A program made the position numbers and the translations under genes. From the NCBI RefSeq assembly GCF_001194135.2, contig NC_068996.1, forward strand, positions 36,729,141 through 36,774,188: a DNA stretch of 45,048 nucleotides. The letters are read 5' to 3'. How positions within the stretch are numbered: the stretch's first letter is position 1; each line of letters opens with the position of its first letter. The DNA is from Octopus bimaculoides. Its lineage: Eukaryota. Positions 33,542-45,048 of the stretch are shown here, in pieces. The notes beneath the pieces were generated by a model that saw nothing but the letters and a program-made list of their open reading frames with translations, was not told the origin of the DNA and ran no database searches.

Positions 33542-35590
33542 AGTATTGAAATTGTCCTCAACTTGGAGTGCAAGAAGTTTGCATGTGATTGGTGGAAACA
33601 TTATTTCAGAGAGATTTTATTTCTATATAAGAAAAGTTATATTTTTCTTCCTATCAACCTTACACATGGGAAAGAGAGAAATTTGCAGTCAACAGACAGA
33701 GGAAATGCCAGCAGGTAGTGAGTTCTAGACAGAGGTACTTCTGGAGAGAAGAGACTGTGTTGACACCTGAACTGTTCCATTTTAACTATCACATTGCACC
33801 AACATAGCTACTAACCTACATTAGTTTTAGCCCCCTATAGTTAGCTCCCTTGAACACATTCTTTGTAACACTACCTGATGCAACTAAACTAGGAGCTATG
33901 CTGCAGAAATGCATATATAAAAGAACTTATCTTATTACACTTCACATTTGTCTAAATTATTATGAGAAAGTTTTTTTTTTTTTTCAGAAATACAGATAAT
34001 ATTAACTGTTGCTGCGAAAAACAAAAACAAAAAAAAACTTTAGTATTGACTAAGAATTTCTAACTAAATGGTAGATTAAGCAAAATCCATCAGATTTCAA
34101 TTCTTAAATTTTCTCATTCAGTAGCATTGTTGATAATATTATGTTACATTATATTACTATTTATTCTTAGCACTTTTCCATCATTCTTCAGAATGCTGCA
34201 TTCCAAACAATTCCCTTTCCCTGAGAACTTTCTTCAACTGTATTCAGGCCTTGTAAAGTGAAAAACAGTGTTTGTCTTGGTTTAGTTATTTATTTATTTC
34301 ATATGAGAATATAAAGATGTAAATGGAATGTGTCAACAGTGGCTAACAGACCATTACAGATAGTATTGTAAAAATATCAGGCAATAACTGTGAAGTATTT
34401 GAAAAGAAAGATATCATCCCGAATTGCAATAGCACGCTATCACCCACCCACCTACCTACCTACCACTTGTGTGGTGCTAAGGGAAGTAACTCAAATAGAA
34501 ACAAAGAGACCAAGAAGAAGCAGGAGAAATTAGCATTTACAAAGAGGTAGAGCGAAAACTAGAGAAAAAAGAAGAGCTGACAATGGTAAATGGTGGTGAT
34601 GGTGATGATGTTTATATGTTGCTTGTTGTTGATGGTCATAGGTTATGGTGGAGGTGGCGGTGGTGGTGGCTCAATGGCATTGCCCAATAGCTACAGATAT
34701 TTACAATAAGGTGCATGCATTAAATAATTTGGTACTTGTTTGTAAATTTCAGTCGACAAAAATGAAGAAATAAATTGTTCAATGTTATCTATTTACTACT
34801 TACAACCACCACCATCACTTTCATTAACTAACACCTTGCCAGCATATCACCACAACAAACTATTATAGTTCCTAATCTATGTATGTATAATATGTGCATG
34901 TTTATGCATGTGCATGTGACCTATGCATGTATGTGTGCATGATTATACATCTGCATCAATTCATCAGCCTTTCTATTTTGTTCCTTTTTTTTCTCCTATC
35001 TTTCACTGTTACTGCTTCAACAAACACTTCTCACAACTTTCTCTTCAAACTCTTCTTCTATCTCACCTGCCGTTTGTCATTCCTCTTCACTATCACAATA
35101 AAAGACAATTACAATTCTCAGTAGTCACTAGCAAAACCTGTGGTGATATTGCTAAACCACCATATCTTAAATCTGCTCAAATCTGAACAAGTACTTCTCT
35201 TCAATAGAAAGTACTTCTTTTACCAGAGTACTTCTCTAACAAAAATATTTCTATTCTAGGTAACTGAAAAAAAAGTTAAGGTAACCTTTTCTTTATCTGA
35301 CATGAAATTTTCAAATTTGAATTCATTTTTAAATAGACAATAAAATAAAATAAAATAAATAAATAAATAAACAATTTTTTTAAATGTCATAGAAACAATA
35401 AAAAGTCAAAGTGAATTGAGAACTAAATTTTTAAATAGAATTGAATAAACTGTTTTTTATTTATTACCTAACCCCAAAATGTTATAAGATTTTGTTAAAT
35501 CAGAAACCTTTATTATTATTAATTGTTGGGATTTAAACTCTGTTATTATCATCTATTGTTGTTGTTATTATTATTATTATTATTATTATT

Positions 35591-35805
35591 AAGATGGCAA
35601 GCTGACAGAATTGTTAACAAGTCAGACAAAATGCTTAGTGGCATTTTTATTTTATTTATTTTATTTTTTTTTATGCCTTAAGTTCCGAGTTCAAATTCCA
35701 CAAAGGTGAACTTTGCTTTTATCCTTCTAGTTTCAATAAAATAAAGTAGCAGTCAAGTACCCCTCCCACCAAAATTGCTAGCTTTATACCAAAGTTTCAA
35801 ACAAT
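35591..35805 (+). mobile_element. SINE family G
   Basis: AAGATGGCAAGCTGACAGAATTG..GTTCCGAGTTCAAATTCC..CTTTGCTTTTATCCTT, homologous to the other family G copies. Confidence 0.7.
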
Positions 35806-36787
35806 TATCATCATCATCAGCAGTAATAGTAGTATTGTTATTTTCAATAATTTAACAGAGCATATTAATCTAATAAATTTTCTCACTCAATTCCTCTTAC
35901 TGGCCATAATAAATTCTCAATCAAATTTCACATAATAAATTATGAATATGATTAATTAAATCTGCAAACCAATTCATTGAAACATATTTCTTTGATTTTT
36001 ATCATTGTTGAGATAATGTTTGCAAAATATGATTAAAAAAAAAAAAATCTACAAAAACTAAGTTAAAACAATATAAAATATTAATGACAGGACTATAATT
36101 GTTAGTAGTTCGTTAATTACAATACTTTATGATGGGTTTCTTTAGCAAGAAAATTCTAGTTTCCGAACTGGAGAGATCATCAAACCATTTGTATAAAACA
36201 ACATATGAAAGTAGAATATTCCAGAAATCACTGAAGTATGATTATGAGGAACCCAATAGAATAATACATTATTTAGTATGAGTTCTTGAAGATTAAAGCC
36301 CATGAATGTCAAAAAAACAAAAAAAAACATTAAATATAAGCTCACAGGATCCTATCAAACCATCCATCCATCCCTTGCCAGTATAGAAAACTGACATTAA
36401 ATAATGGTGATGATGATGATGACAGCAATGATGATGATGATGATGATGAAAGTGTAAAACTTATTACTAAAAGTGGCTAAACACTTCAAAGCTCATTACA
36501 AAAAAATTCAGAAAGATGAAATATCAAGAATGAAAATATTGTAACTTTTTAATTTAATTACAGACTAGATATCTTTTTTCTTTCATCAGATTTTAAGATA
36601 ATTTATATCAAAAGTGCAGAAAAATTTCATGATAATCCTGCTCTGAGACTAAAATAAAGAAATAATGTTTTACCATAAAAGTTTTGTATTTAAAAAAAAA
36701 TCAAAAAGAAAGAAAAAACAACAATAGATGAATAAAATTAAATGAATACTTGACTGATGTTCATTTATTAATTAGTCATTGTCACAT

Positions 36788-36990
36788 TAACCCTTTAGCA
36801 TTTAAACCAGTCATACCTGACTCAAATAGTCTTCCTATTTTATTTTAAAACTGGACAGATCTGGCCTCACCCACCCACCTTACAATGTCATTCTAAGAAT
36901 AAACAAACAATCACATCATCAAAATCTCAAAGCTATGAGATAATGCATGATTAATTCAAAATAATGTGAATAAATAAGCATTACATTTGA
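36788..36990. mobile_element. piggyBac-like MITE, right end lost
   Basis: Begins TTAACCCTTTAGCATTTAAACC; the body aligns with 33325-33541. Confidence 0.7.
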
Positions 36991-37050
36991 AAAGTGTATG
37001 GTAAAATTTATCAATTAAAATATTAAAAAAAAATCAACAAAAAACTAAAT

Positions 37051-37248
37051 TTACATTATTTACATTTGATAGATATTTGTCCTCATCTTGTTTGTTGTTA
37101 ACACAACATTTCAGCTGATATACCCTCCAGCCTTCATCAGGTGTCTTGGAGAAATTTCGAACCTGGGTTCTCATNNNNNNNNNNAGCCTTCATCAGGTGT
37201 CTTGGAGAAATTTCGAACCTGGGTTCTCATTCCTAAGGTATTTTTCGA

Positions 37249-37286
<38 letters not shown>

Positions 37287-37410
37287 TCACTGCCTGAAAT
37301 CAAACTTGGAATCTTGGAGTTAGTAGCCCGTGCTCTTAACCAAGATAAGGACAAATATCTGTCAAATGTAAATAATGTACATAATTCCTCATCTCTTAAA
37401 CATAGAAAAA
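37051..37410 (-). mobile_element. tRNA-headed element with (AAT)n linker and hammerhead-like tail; foldback arrangement
   Basis: On the minus strand: TGGTTAAGAGCACGGGCTACTAACTCC (A-box remnant and anticodon-arm-like), GTTTGATTTC (decayed B box), (AAT)n, then GACAC-CTGATGA-A-GGCTG..CAGCT-GAAA-TGTT-GTGTT. Inverted arms of 40 bp lie at 37051-37090 and 37341-37380. Confidence 0.75.
37099..37147 (-). ncRNA. Minimal type I hammerhead-ribozyme-like motif (decayed)
   Basis: CUGAUGA core at 37134-37140 and GAAA at 37109-37112. Stem II is GGCUG/CAGCU, stem I is GACAC/GUGUU, and the putative cleavage triplet is GUU. Confidence 0.6.
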
Positions 37411-37902
37411 CCTAAAGTTTAAAATTAAGCTGGAGGAGTAGGAGGGCGGATCTCGGAATGGTGAGCTTCACAGATCTGATATCATTTCAAAGAAAGGTTT
37501 GTCAATGTTTTACTGCACTTAAACCACCACAGCAACACCACATCACATGGTGGGGGGGGGGGGATGTTATAACAATGATCAATAAAAAGGGATTTCTATT
37601 TGCTGCTGTTGTTGTTCAGCCTCAGTTCAATTCTGATGAAGCAAGCATTCCAAACATGACCATCTATTTTATGGTATCAAAAGCTATATTACCTCATGTG
37701 CTCTCTCGTTTTGTCTAAGATGGTAGTTTGCAGTTTGAGTTAGAATTGGCTGCTATTTTTAGCAGATTAAATGATCGTATGCACGATGCTATGTTTGTGT
37801 GTAGTCTATAGAATCTTAAACTGAGCCAAAGCCTCTGAATGAATGGAACAAAAGGCATTTTTATTGTTGTAACATGAAATACAAAGAGAAAAATCATTAA
37901 AA

Positions 37903-38140
37903 TGGCAAGGTGGTGAGCTGTCAGAATCATTAGCAAGCTGGGAAAAATGCTTAGTGGCATTTCATCCATCCTTAGGTTCTGAGTTCAAATTCTGCCGAGG
38001 CTAACTTTACCTTTTGGTGGTGATGGTGGGGGTGTCAGCGAAATAAGCACCAGTTGAACACTGGGGTTGATGCAATTGACTAGCCCTCCCCCCACCCCTA
38101 CTCCCACAAAATTTCAGGCCTAGTGCCTATAGTGGAAACA
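37903..38140 (+). mobile_element. tRNA-derived SINE, family G
   Basis: GTGAGCTGTCAGAATCATTAGC head, GGTTCTGAGTTCAAATTCTGCCGAGG B-box region and AAATAAGCACCAGT..CTGGGGTTGATGCAATTGAC. Homologues at 10185-10400(-), 35591-35805(+), 13630-13760(-) and 8805-8905(-). Confidence 0.75.
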
Positions 38141-39706
38141 AACCGATGAGCTGAAGTGGATGGACGTAATATAACAAAATAAAATTAGCTGTATACAGTA
38201 ATAAATAAGTAAGTAATTAAATAAATAAATAAGAGATATAAACAAAATAATGAATGAAACTGAGCAAGTTTGATAAATGCGATTTTACTGTATTTTCATC
38301 TCTTGTATCCATCAGAAATAATTATTGAATTCAAGGTAACGAGAATGAAGTATCAGTTCTGAATAAAGATATAACAACTAATAATTGTTTAGAGTCACCA
38401 GATCTGTCTTTTATTCAAACACTTTACATAAGACTACATTATCTAATGTGTCTGCTCAATTTTTTTTAAACAGAGTATGCTTTGAGGGAAATTTAAGTGC
38501 TGTTTCTAGCAGGTAGAGTGACTGAACAGATGCTGCTTCATTGGCTTGTAACTGTTGTTGATGTTAAGTATTTAGGAACAACCTGTTTAGCCAGTACCTT
38601 GACTATGATGAGACTCTCTCTCAATAAAGGTGTTTGAATTGGGGTAAGGGTAGAGGTATAGTCAAAATTATATACTATCCAATGGCAATATGCTTTAGTT
38701 CTAAATCTTAAGACACTGAAAGACCATATTTAATTAACAGATCATGAAACCTACTGAAGTTATTTTATTGCTGACAATAGACAAGGTTCAAGTGTCACTG
38801 TATACAGAAATTATGTGAGGCAGGAGGAAAAAAAAAACATATTGATAATAAGATAACATGGATTGTAATACTGTAAACCAGAAGGATAAATCCTACTCTT
38901 TAATATATAGTTTCACAAATAGCAGTAATGTTTGTCTTTATCTTCTATCTTAAACTCTAATCCAAAGATATTTGCCAAGTATCAACTTATACCTACATTT
39001 GCTAAGAATTTTGCACTAAGACAAGCACTTGGATCGCAAAGACAAATATATCTCTTTTAATATGAAAATAAGGAAAGAAAACAACAAAAAACAACAACAA
39101 ATAATAGCAATATCCACCAGAGTATATGAAAAGGTACCCCATAGGGTACCTTATTGTAATTTAGTGTTTAACAGTTTTGATGCTGCTTTCATATCTAACA
39201 CCACCAGCATTTGGTGGGCATAGTCAAAGCACACCTTATAACTCATTCTCAGAGCTCAAGATTATACATTGTTATACCAAAGTTTTTGTCTTTCAGATCC
39301 AAAATCTCTAGCAAGGACATCTAGATAAAAGAGCTTGTGACCCACCACTACCACCACCTCTGCTACATATGTGTAGAATGTTGTGAAGATTTATTGATAT
39401 ATAATGAAAACAATACTTTCTCAGTGAAGTGATAACAAATGAATTGAGAATTCAATTATGGAAAAAAGGGGTTAATAAGATATTAAAAGTAGGATGGATA
39501 AATCAGAATAAAATTCTATCCACTAGGATAAAAAAAGATAAGCAGCTTAAACATATTAAATGTGATAATTTAAAGTATTTCAACAAAATTTTTTTCTTTA
39601 AATATAATAATCTTTTGTCCTAGACATTTTTGTAAGGCTTTGACATATATTTAAACAATATAGTATAGATAAATGTAAAAAATAGATGTATGTACATGTG
39701 AGAAAG

Positions 39707-39773
<67 letters not shown>
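39707..39773. repeat. (TG)n microsatellite
   Basis: Seen directly. Confidence 0.95.
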
Positions 39774-39776
<3 letters not shown>

Positions 39777-40840
39777 TAAATAAATACACAGGTGAATTAT
39801 ATCTATCTATCTATCTACACACATACACATGTGTGTGTGTGTGTGAAAATAAGATATAAGTATATGCATGTGAAAGATAAAAGACATGTGAGGAGAGAGA
39901 GAGAGAGAGATTGAAAGAAAGCTCCTTTGCAAATAAAATGTGTTTAATTATATTTATAGACAAATAAGCATGCTTGAATGTGCACATTTGCAAACCAATT
40001 CAAATAAGCACGCACACTTATGCACGTGTGCATGTAAGCATGTGCATACAATATCTGCCATCTAGTATTCCACAGATAGTCCTCTACATTCCCTGTTATA
40101 TATCCATCACATCATAAACACAGCGTCACATGTCTTACACCTTATATAATCTCAATATACGCTAATGAACAACAGCATATCCAGCAGCACATATATGTCC
40201 TCCACATACCTTATACATACCTTCAATATACATCTTCAATATACCTTCATACCTTCAATATACATCTAACACATACTTCATACAGTCGTCTGCATTACCA
40301 TACACCACCTTACACATTTGTGTGTGTGTGAGACAGTGTAAGGTAGTTAATGTAAAGGAACATATGTAACTCTCTATGTTTACTACCATATATCATCGTA
40401 TATCACATACAGTCATCTATATACAGTACCATACACCATGACACATCTTAACACACACATGACGTATAGCCTGCCTTCTATATACACTGCCATACATCAT
40501 GAAACACCTTACACAAGGTATAAGGTTCTCAATATTCACTACCTTTACACACATTTCATACATGCCCACATTTCACTGCCATGCACTATCAAAATGTATT
40601 CTATTTGTACAAAGAGGAAATAATAACTGAAAACAACACCTATCCTTCTTTATCTGAACACAATGCTACCACAACTTCCAGCACATCACATGTTCAGTCA
40701 AGTAGGGAAATTACCACATGGTTACTTCAAATAGCATCCAAAACATCTCAAAAAGGGGGATGAATATATAGGATAATGTAGCAATGTAGTCCTAGATATG
40801 TAACATCCAAGATGACAGCATGTTCACATCTACAACACAT

Positions 40841-41080
40841 TTAACCCTTCAACATTCAGCCTACTCACTCAAATATAAAGTTTATTTATTCACATTGTCT
40901 TGAATTAATTATGCATTATCTTGTAGCATTGATATTTCAATGATGTGACAGTTTGTTCTTACTATGACATTGTAAGGTGTGTGTGTGAGAGAGAGAGAGA
41001 AGTTAGATCTGGCCAGTTTGAACAGAAAATAGATACAATATTTTGGCCAAATATGACTGGTTTAATTGCTAATGGGTTAA
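40841..41080. mobile_element. piggyBac-like MITE (opposite orientation)
   Basis: TTAACCCTTCAACATTC ... TTGCTAATGGGTTAA. The body is the reverse complement of the other two copies, with a (TG)(AG) expansion. Confidence 0.75.
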
Positions 41081-41687
41081 TCATGTCTGACCATAGCACT
41101 AATTACTTCAATACATCTGATACACGTAAATTACTTCAGAATCAGCTACTGTTATTGGTTTTTCTCAGTTTTTTTTTATAATGATTACATCTCAGGACAC
41201 TTTAGCGTAACTGATTTCTCAACACACACACATGCAAGCACATACACATAAATACAAACGTGCGTGTGCATGCAAGCACACAAACACATGTCAACAACAA
41301 GACCAAGGTAAAGTACCTTGGGCAAGGGAGCATTCTCTATACCAAAAATGGAGTAGGATTTCACATAGGTAATATATTGATTTGAAGAAAAAAATCTTCA
41401 ATTACCTGATATCATCTAAACAATACACAGAAATTTCTTTTAGACATGTTTAAAATCTTTAATAAAAAAAAAAAAAAATAGGAAAGGTGACAACTTCGAT
41501 ACTAGCACATCACTGAACTGTTTAGACAATACAGACGATGGGAATGGATCTAGTCTGGTCTTTAAAACAAAATGGTGAAAATAAAACATTCTTTCAGTCT
41601 AATTAGATCTCTTTAGTGAACATATGTTCTATCAGTCAACAAGATTAAAAGGTGTGGATGGGACATTTTATATATATATATATATAT

Positions 41688-42030
41688 AATAAGACAGAGG
41701 GTGTTAGAATACCTACAATGCTAGAAATAAGAGCTAAAGTGCTCTGATACTGCAGTCAAAGCACATAATTGTATACATACATACTGATAGCGACAGTCAT
41801 GATATCCGTATACCATTGATAGTTTTGGCTTAAAGACTGCTGGCAATCTTGTCCAAAACTGGTGAGTTGTGCTGACCCTGCCGATAGTACAAGGACTGCC
41901 ACTTTTGGTGGTTTACAGTCGCTGTCAGTATGTATATGTGTATATAATTATGCATGTTGACTGCAACATCAGAGCACTTTAAGCTCTTATTTCTAGCATT
42001 GTAGATATTTTAACACCCTCAGTCATATTT
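41688..42030. mobile_element. Foldback MITE with about 120-bp inverted arms, unclassified
   Basis: GAGGGTGTTAGAATACCTACAATGCTAGAAATAAGAGCT-AAAGTGCTCTGAT.. at about 41697-41815 is mirrored at about 41915-42022. The left end abuts (TA)n. Confidence 0.8.
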
Positions 42031-42701
42031 AATGACAATTATAGTTTTCTTTTTTTGTAATACATTGCTAAACAGCTGCCTAATTTAATGAATTATATAT
42101 ATATGGAGAATATAGTGAAATTGATGATGGATATCAACAATATGGCTGAAGAAAAATATCTCTGGTAAGTATTCCTCATATTAAATACGTTTCACATATT
42201 TGAAAAGGCAGAAATCCATCAACTGAAATAATGCAACAATTAGAAAACAAGAACTTTTAGAGATGTTAAAGTCTAAAAAAAGAAAGAAAAAAACAAAACA
42301 AAACAGCAACAGAGTAACTAAGGATCAGTTGATTAAAACTTTTGTACAATTCAGATAATGATGCAGACTGGGTTTCAAAACCATTATATACACAACCATG
42401 CCCATCTTACACATACATACTACTTTACTGGTTTTACATCACACAGAGTCCTCTATATTCACTAGCATACACTAATACATACCGTTCACACACCACATAC
42501 CTTTACTTCATATAACTTTCATATAACATCCAATTATTATATACCATACATCTTACACACACTACGTACAAATCTCTACATACATTAAAATATACATCAT
42601 GTACAGACTTCTACATGCATTGCCATATGGTATCACTGGTTACACACACTGTACCCACTGCACTTCATTGACTATATACACTGACACACATACACACTTT
42701 A

Positions 42702-42922
42702 TACAAGGGGATGCTGAAAAGTTCCTGGCTTTGAGTAAAAGAAGATATAGGAGGATCAGTTAATTATGATTTTATTCAACATATTCCCCTCTTAGATTCA
42801 CACACTTATTGCAGTGATCCTTCAGTTTTTCTAAGCACTGTAAAAGAACTCCAAAGGTTAGACCTCCAGCCAGGCCTTCTACAGCACCCTTAAAGCCAGG
42901 AACTTTTCGGCACCCCCTCATG
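42702..42922. mobile_element. mariner-like MITE
   Basis: About 30-bp TIRs, TA-CAAGGGGATGCTGAAAAGTTCCTGGCTTT and AAAGCCAGGAACTTTTCGGCACCCCCTCA. Left TA present; the TIR start resembles mariner TACGAGGG ends. Confidence 0.75.
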
Positions 42923-43304
42923 TAGTCTATCATATTCTCACACTGAGAAGGATGTCATGTGTACTTCTATCATCACAGTGATAAAATAGATAGGACCAAA
43001 CATTAAATGTCTATTGAGACCTTACCAAAAATTTAAGCCAATATGGAATATATATAAAATAAAATTTAACTTCTAAAAATTCAGCAGCTGAACATGCAAT
43101 GCATTACAATGTTTTACCATTCAAAGTCATTAAACATTTAAATTTAAACATAAAGAAGCTTGATTGTGGCCTTGTTAAGATTGTAAAACAGAAAACAGTT
43201 GGTTTTCTCTAACATAACATGATTATCTTCCAATAGGCTATAATTAGAATAGAATAATCTCTGCCTTTACTTCTGACACTTCACTGATATATCAACTTCA
43301 ATAA

Positions 43305-43467
43305 CACATCTATCTATCTATCCGTCCGTCCATCTACCAGTCTATCTACATATTTATCTACCTATCTACTAGTCTATCTACCTATCTACTAGTCTATCTA
43401 CCTATCGATCAGTTTATCTATCTCTCTGTCTGTCTAATCTATCTATCTCTCTGTCTATCTAATCCAT

Positions 43468-43500
<33 letters not shown>

Positions 43501-43615
43501 CATCTATCTATCTCAATCAATCAATCTATCTATCTATCTATAGATTGGTCTGTCCCTCAGTCTGTCTGTCTATCTATCTGCCTACCTACCTACATGTCTA
43601 CCTGCCTATCTATAA
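43305..43615. repeat. Compound (TCTA)/(TCTG)/(TCAA)/(CCTA) array
   Basis: Seen directly. Confidence 0.9.
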
Positions 43616-44111
43616 ATATATGTACATATATATATGTGTGTATATATACGTTTGTGAGTGTTAAGCTGTGTGGCCTAGAAGTTAGGGTGTTACACCATTG
43701 ATTCTAAAACTGCTGGTATGTTGTGTTCTTAAGCAAAACACTTCATTTCATGTTACTCCGGTCTACTCTATTGTAAGTGGGTAAACTTTGTGACAGATTG
43801 GCATTATTCAATATATATATATATATATATACATTTATAAAGAGAAAGATAGTCTTACGTTACCTGCTACCTTGGGTCTTCTGGATAACAATACCTCTCA
43901 TATATATATATATATTAGATATTTCTTGTGTGTATAGTTAGATATACATTTGGTACCAGGGAGTTTAGAGCTGACAATTGCACTTGGAACACTGCAGAGG
44001 GTGCAAATAACGGCAATAGTGAAATATATGTAGGGGAAAAAAGGATATAAACTGCATCTGATGTTTATTGCAAGCACTTTTTTTGTTGATCTTATCTTAA
44101 TGGAACAATAA

Positions 44112-44228
<117 letters not shown>

Positions 44229-44907
44229 TAAATATAATAGTAAAGAATAATGGATTAGGTCAATGAAAAAACTTTCAGTTGTATACATCCAGAGTATCCA
44301 GTTATATATAGCCACTCAAACTGTTGAATTTCCAGAATCACCCAACCTTAATCAAAATAAGTAATTTGAATTACATAAAATAATTATCCCCAAATGAGAC
44401 TAATTGATCATAAATTACATGTACAGATCTGTTCATCATATGCCCTCAAGGGGTATGCATGAAACATGCAACACACAGAGGCTTTTTTATGTGGTGTATT
44501 TTGAGAATGTAATGGTCTTTAAGTAAAACCAGGAGAGATGGAGAAGAGAAGGCAAAGATCAATACTATGAACTCTTTGCCAAGTGATATAGTTAGCAAGA
44601 TTAAAATGTGTGTGCTTTATAGAATGTTGACTTTAACATAAACATACATAGATGTATAAAGTTTCAATAAAAATTTCATATAGCATATACCTCAGTGACA
44701 ATTTTGAAACAACTTAATGAACTATTTTCTGAGAAAACAACAACAAAAAAATACACACAAGATATAGAAGTATCAATGAAAGCAAACCATTTGTTAAGAA
44801 GTGTCTAATCTAATCAGAAATGGTAGGAAAATAATAATTAGTGGGATAGAAAATATTAACTTGATGAACTGATACATGGTTGAAACAGAAACTAAGAAAT
44901 TAAAAAC

Positions 44908-44914
<7 letters not shown>

Positions 44915-44958
<44 letters not shown>

Positions 44959-44987
44959 TATATATATACACACACACATATATATAT

Positions 44988-45028
<41 letters not shown>

Positions 45029-45048
45029 TATATATATATATATATATA
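44915..45048. repeat. (TA)n/(CA)n compound microsatellite running off the window end
   Basis: Seen directly. Confidence 0.95.

Noticed and set aside
37129-37230. Exact 46-nt tandem duplication of part of the hammerhead core (37129-37174 = 37185-37230), suggestive of a natural ribozyme dimer
   Set aside because: It straddles a 10-N gap and is 100% identical, the signature of unmerged contig overlap. The same pattern occurs at 22802-22811.
41396-41445. Minus-strand donor ATCAG|GTAATT with the right phase for the missing first OSBP exon
   Set aside because: The upstream frame (TCLKEISVYCLDDI) has no resemblance to the expected KWTNY..RRWFVL..LSYY and hits a stop.
42103-42170. Plus-strand short ORF MENIVKLMMDINNMAEEKYL ending at TG|GTAAGT
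   Set aside because: No recognisable homology and no partner exons. A single consensus donor is expected by chance in 45 kb.

Overview
This is AT-rich, microsatellite- and SINE-dense eukaryotic DNA with eight N-gaps. The repeat content looks like an Octopus (coleoid cephalopod) draft scaffold, which is my inference from recalled repeat families. The only host gene I can support is an oxysterol-binding protein (OSBP/OSBP2-like) on the minus strand. It shows one complete internal exon encoding most of the PH domain (32821-33026) and the start of the next exon (24579 down to the gap edge at 24499). I did not find the first coding exon or the FFAT/ORD exons, so the rest of the window is probably OSBP intron, though the gene's 3' end is not located. 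The non-exonic sequence holds many tRNA-derived SINEs with interchangeable tails, decayed LINE pieces (RTE RT, CR1-like endonuclease and RT), a probable Penelope-like 3' end, and piggyBac-, mariner- and hAT-like MITEs. The most interesting signal is a repeat family (two copies) combining a tRNA-like Pol III head, an (AAT)n linker and a minimal type I hammerhead-ribozyme fold of the Penelope type; one copy is arranged as a foldback. Two further, unrelated hammerhead-like motifs also occur. Nearly all other entries in the ORF track are spurious. Repeat boundaries were estimated by eye (about +/-10-20 nt).
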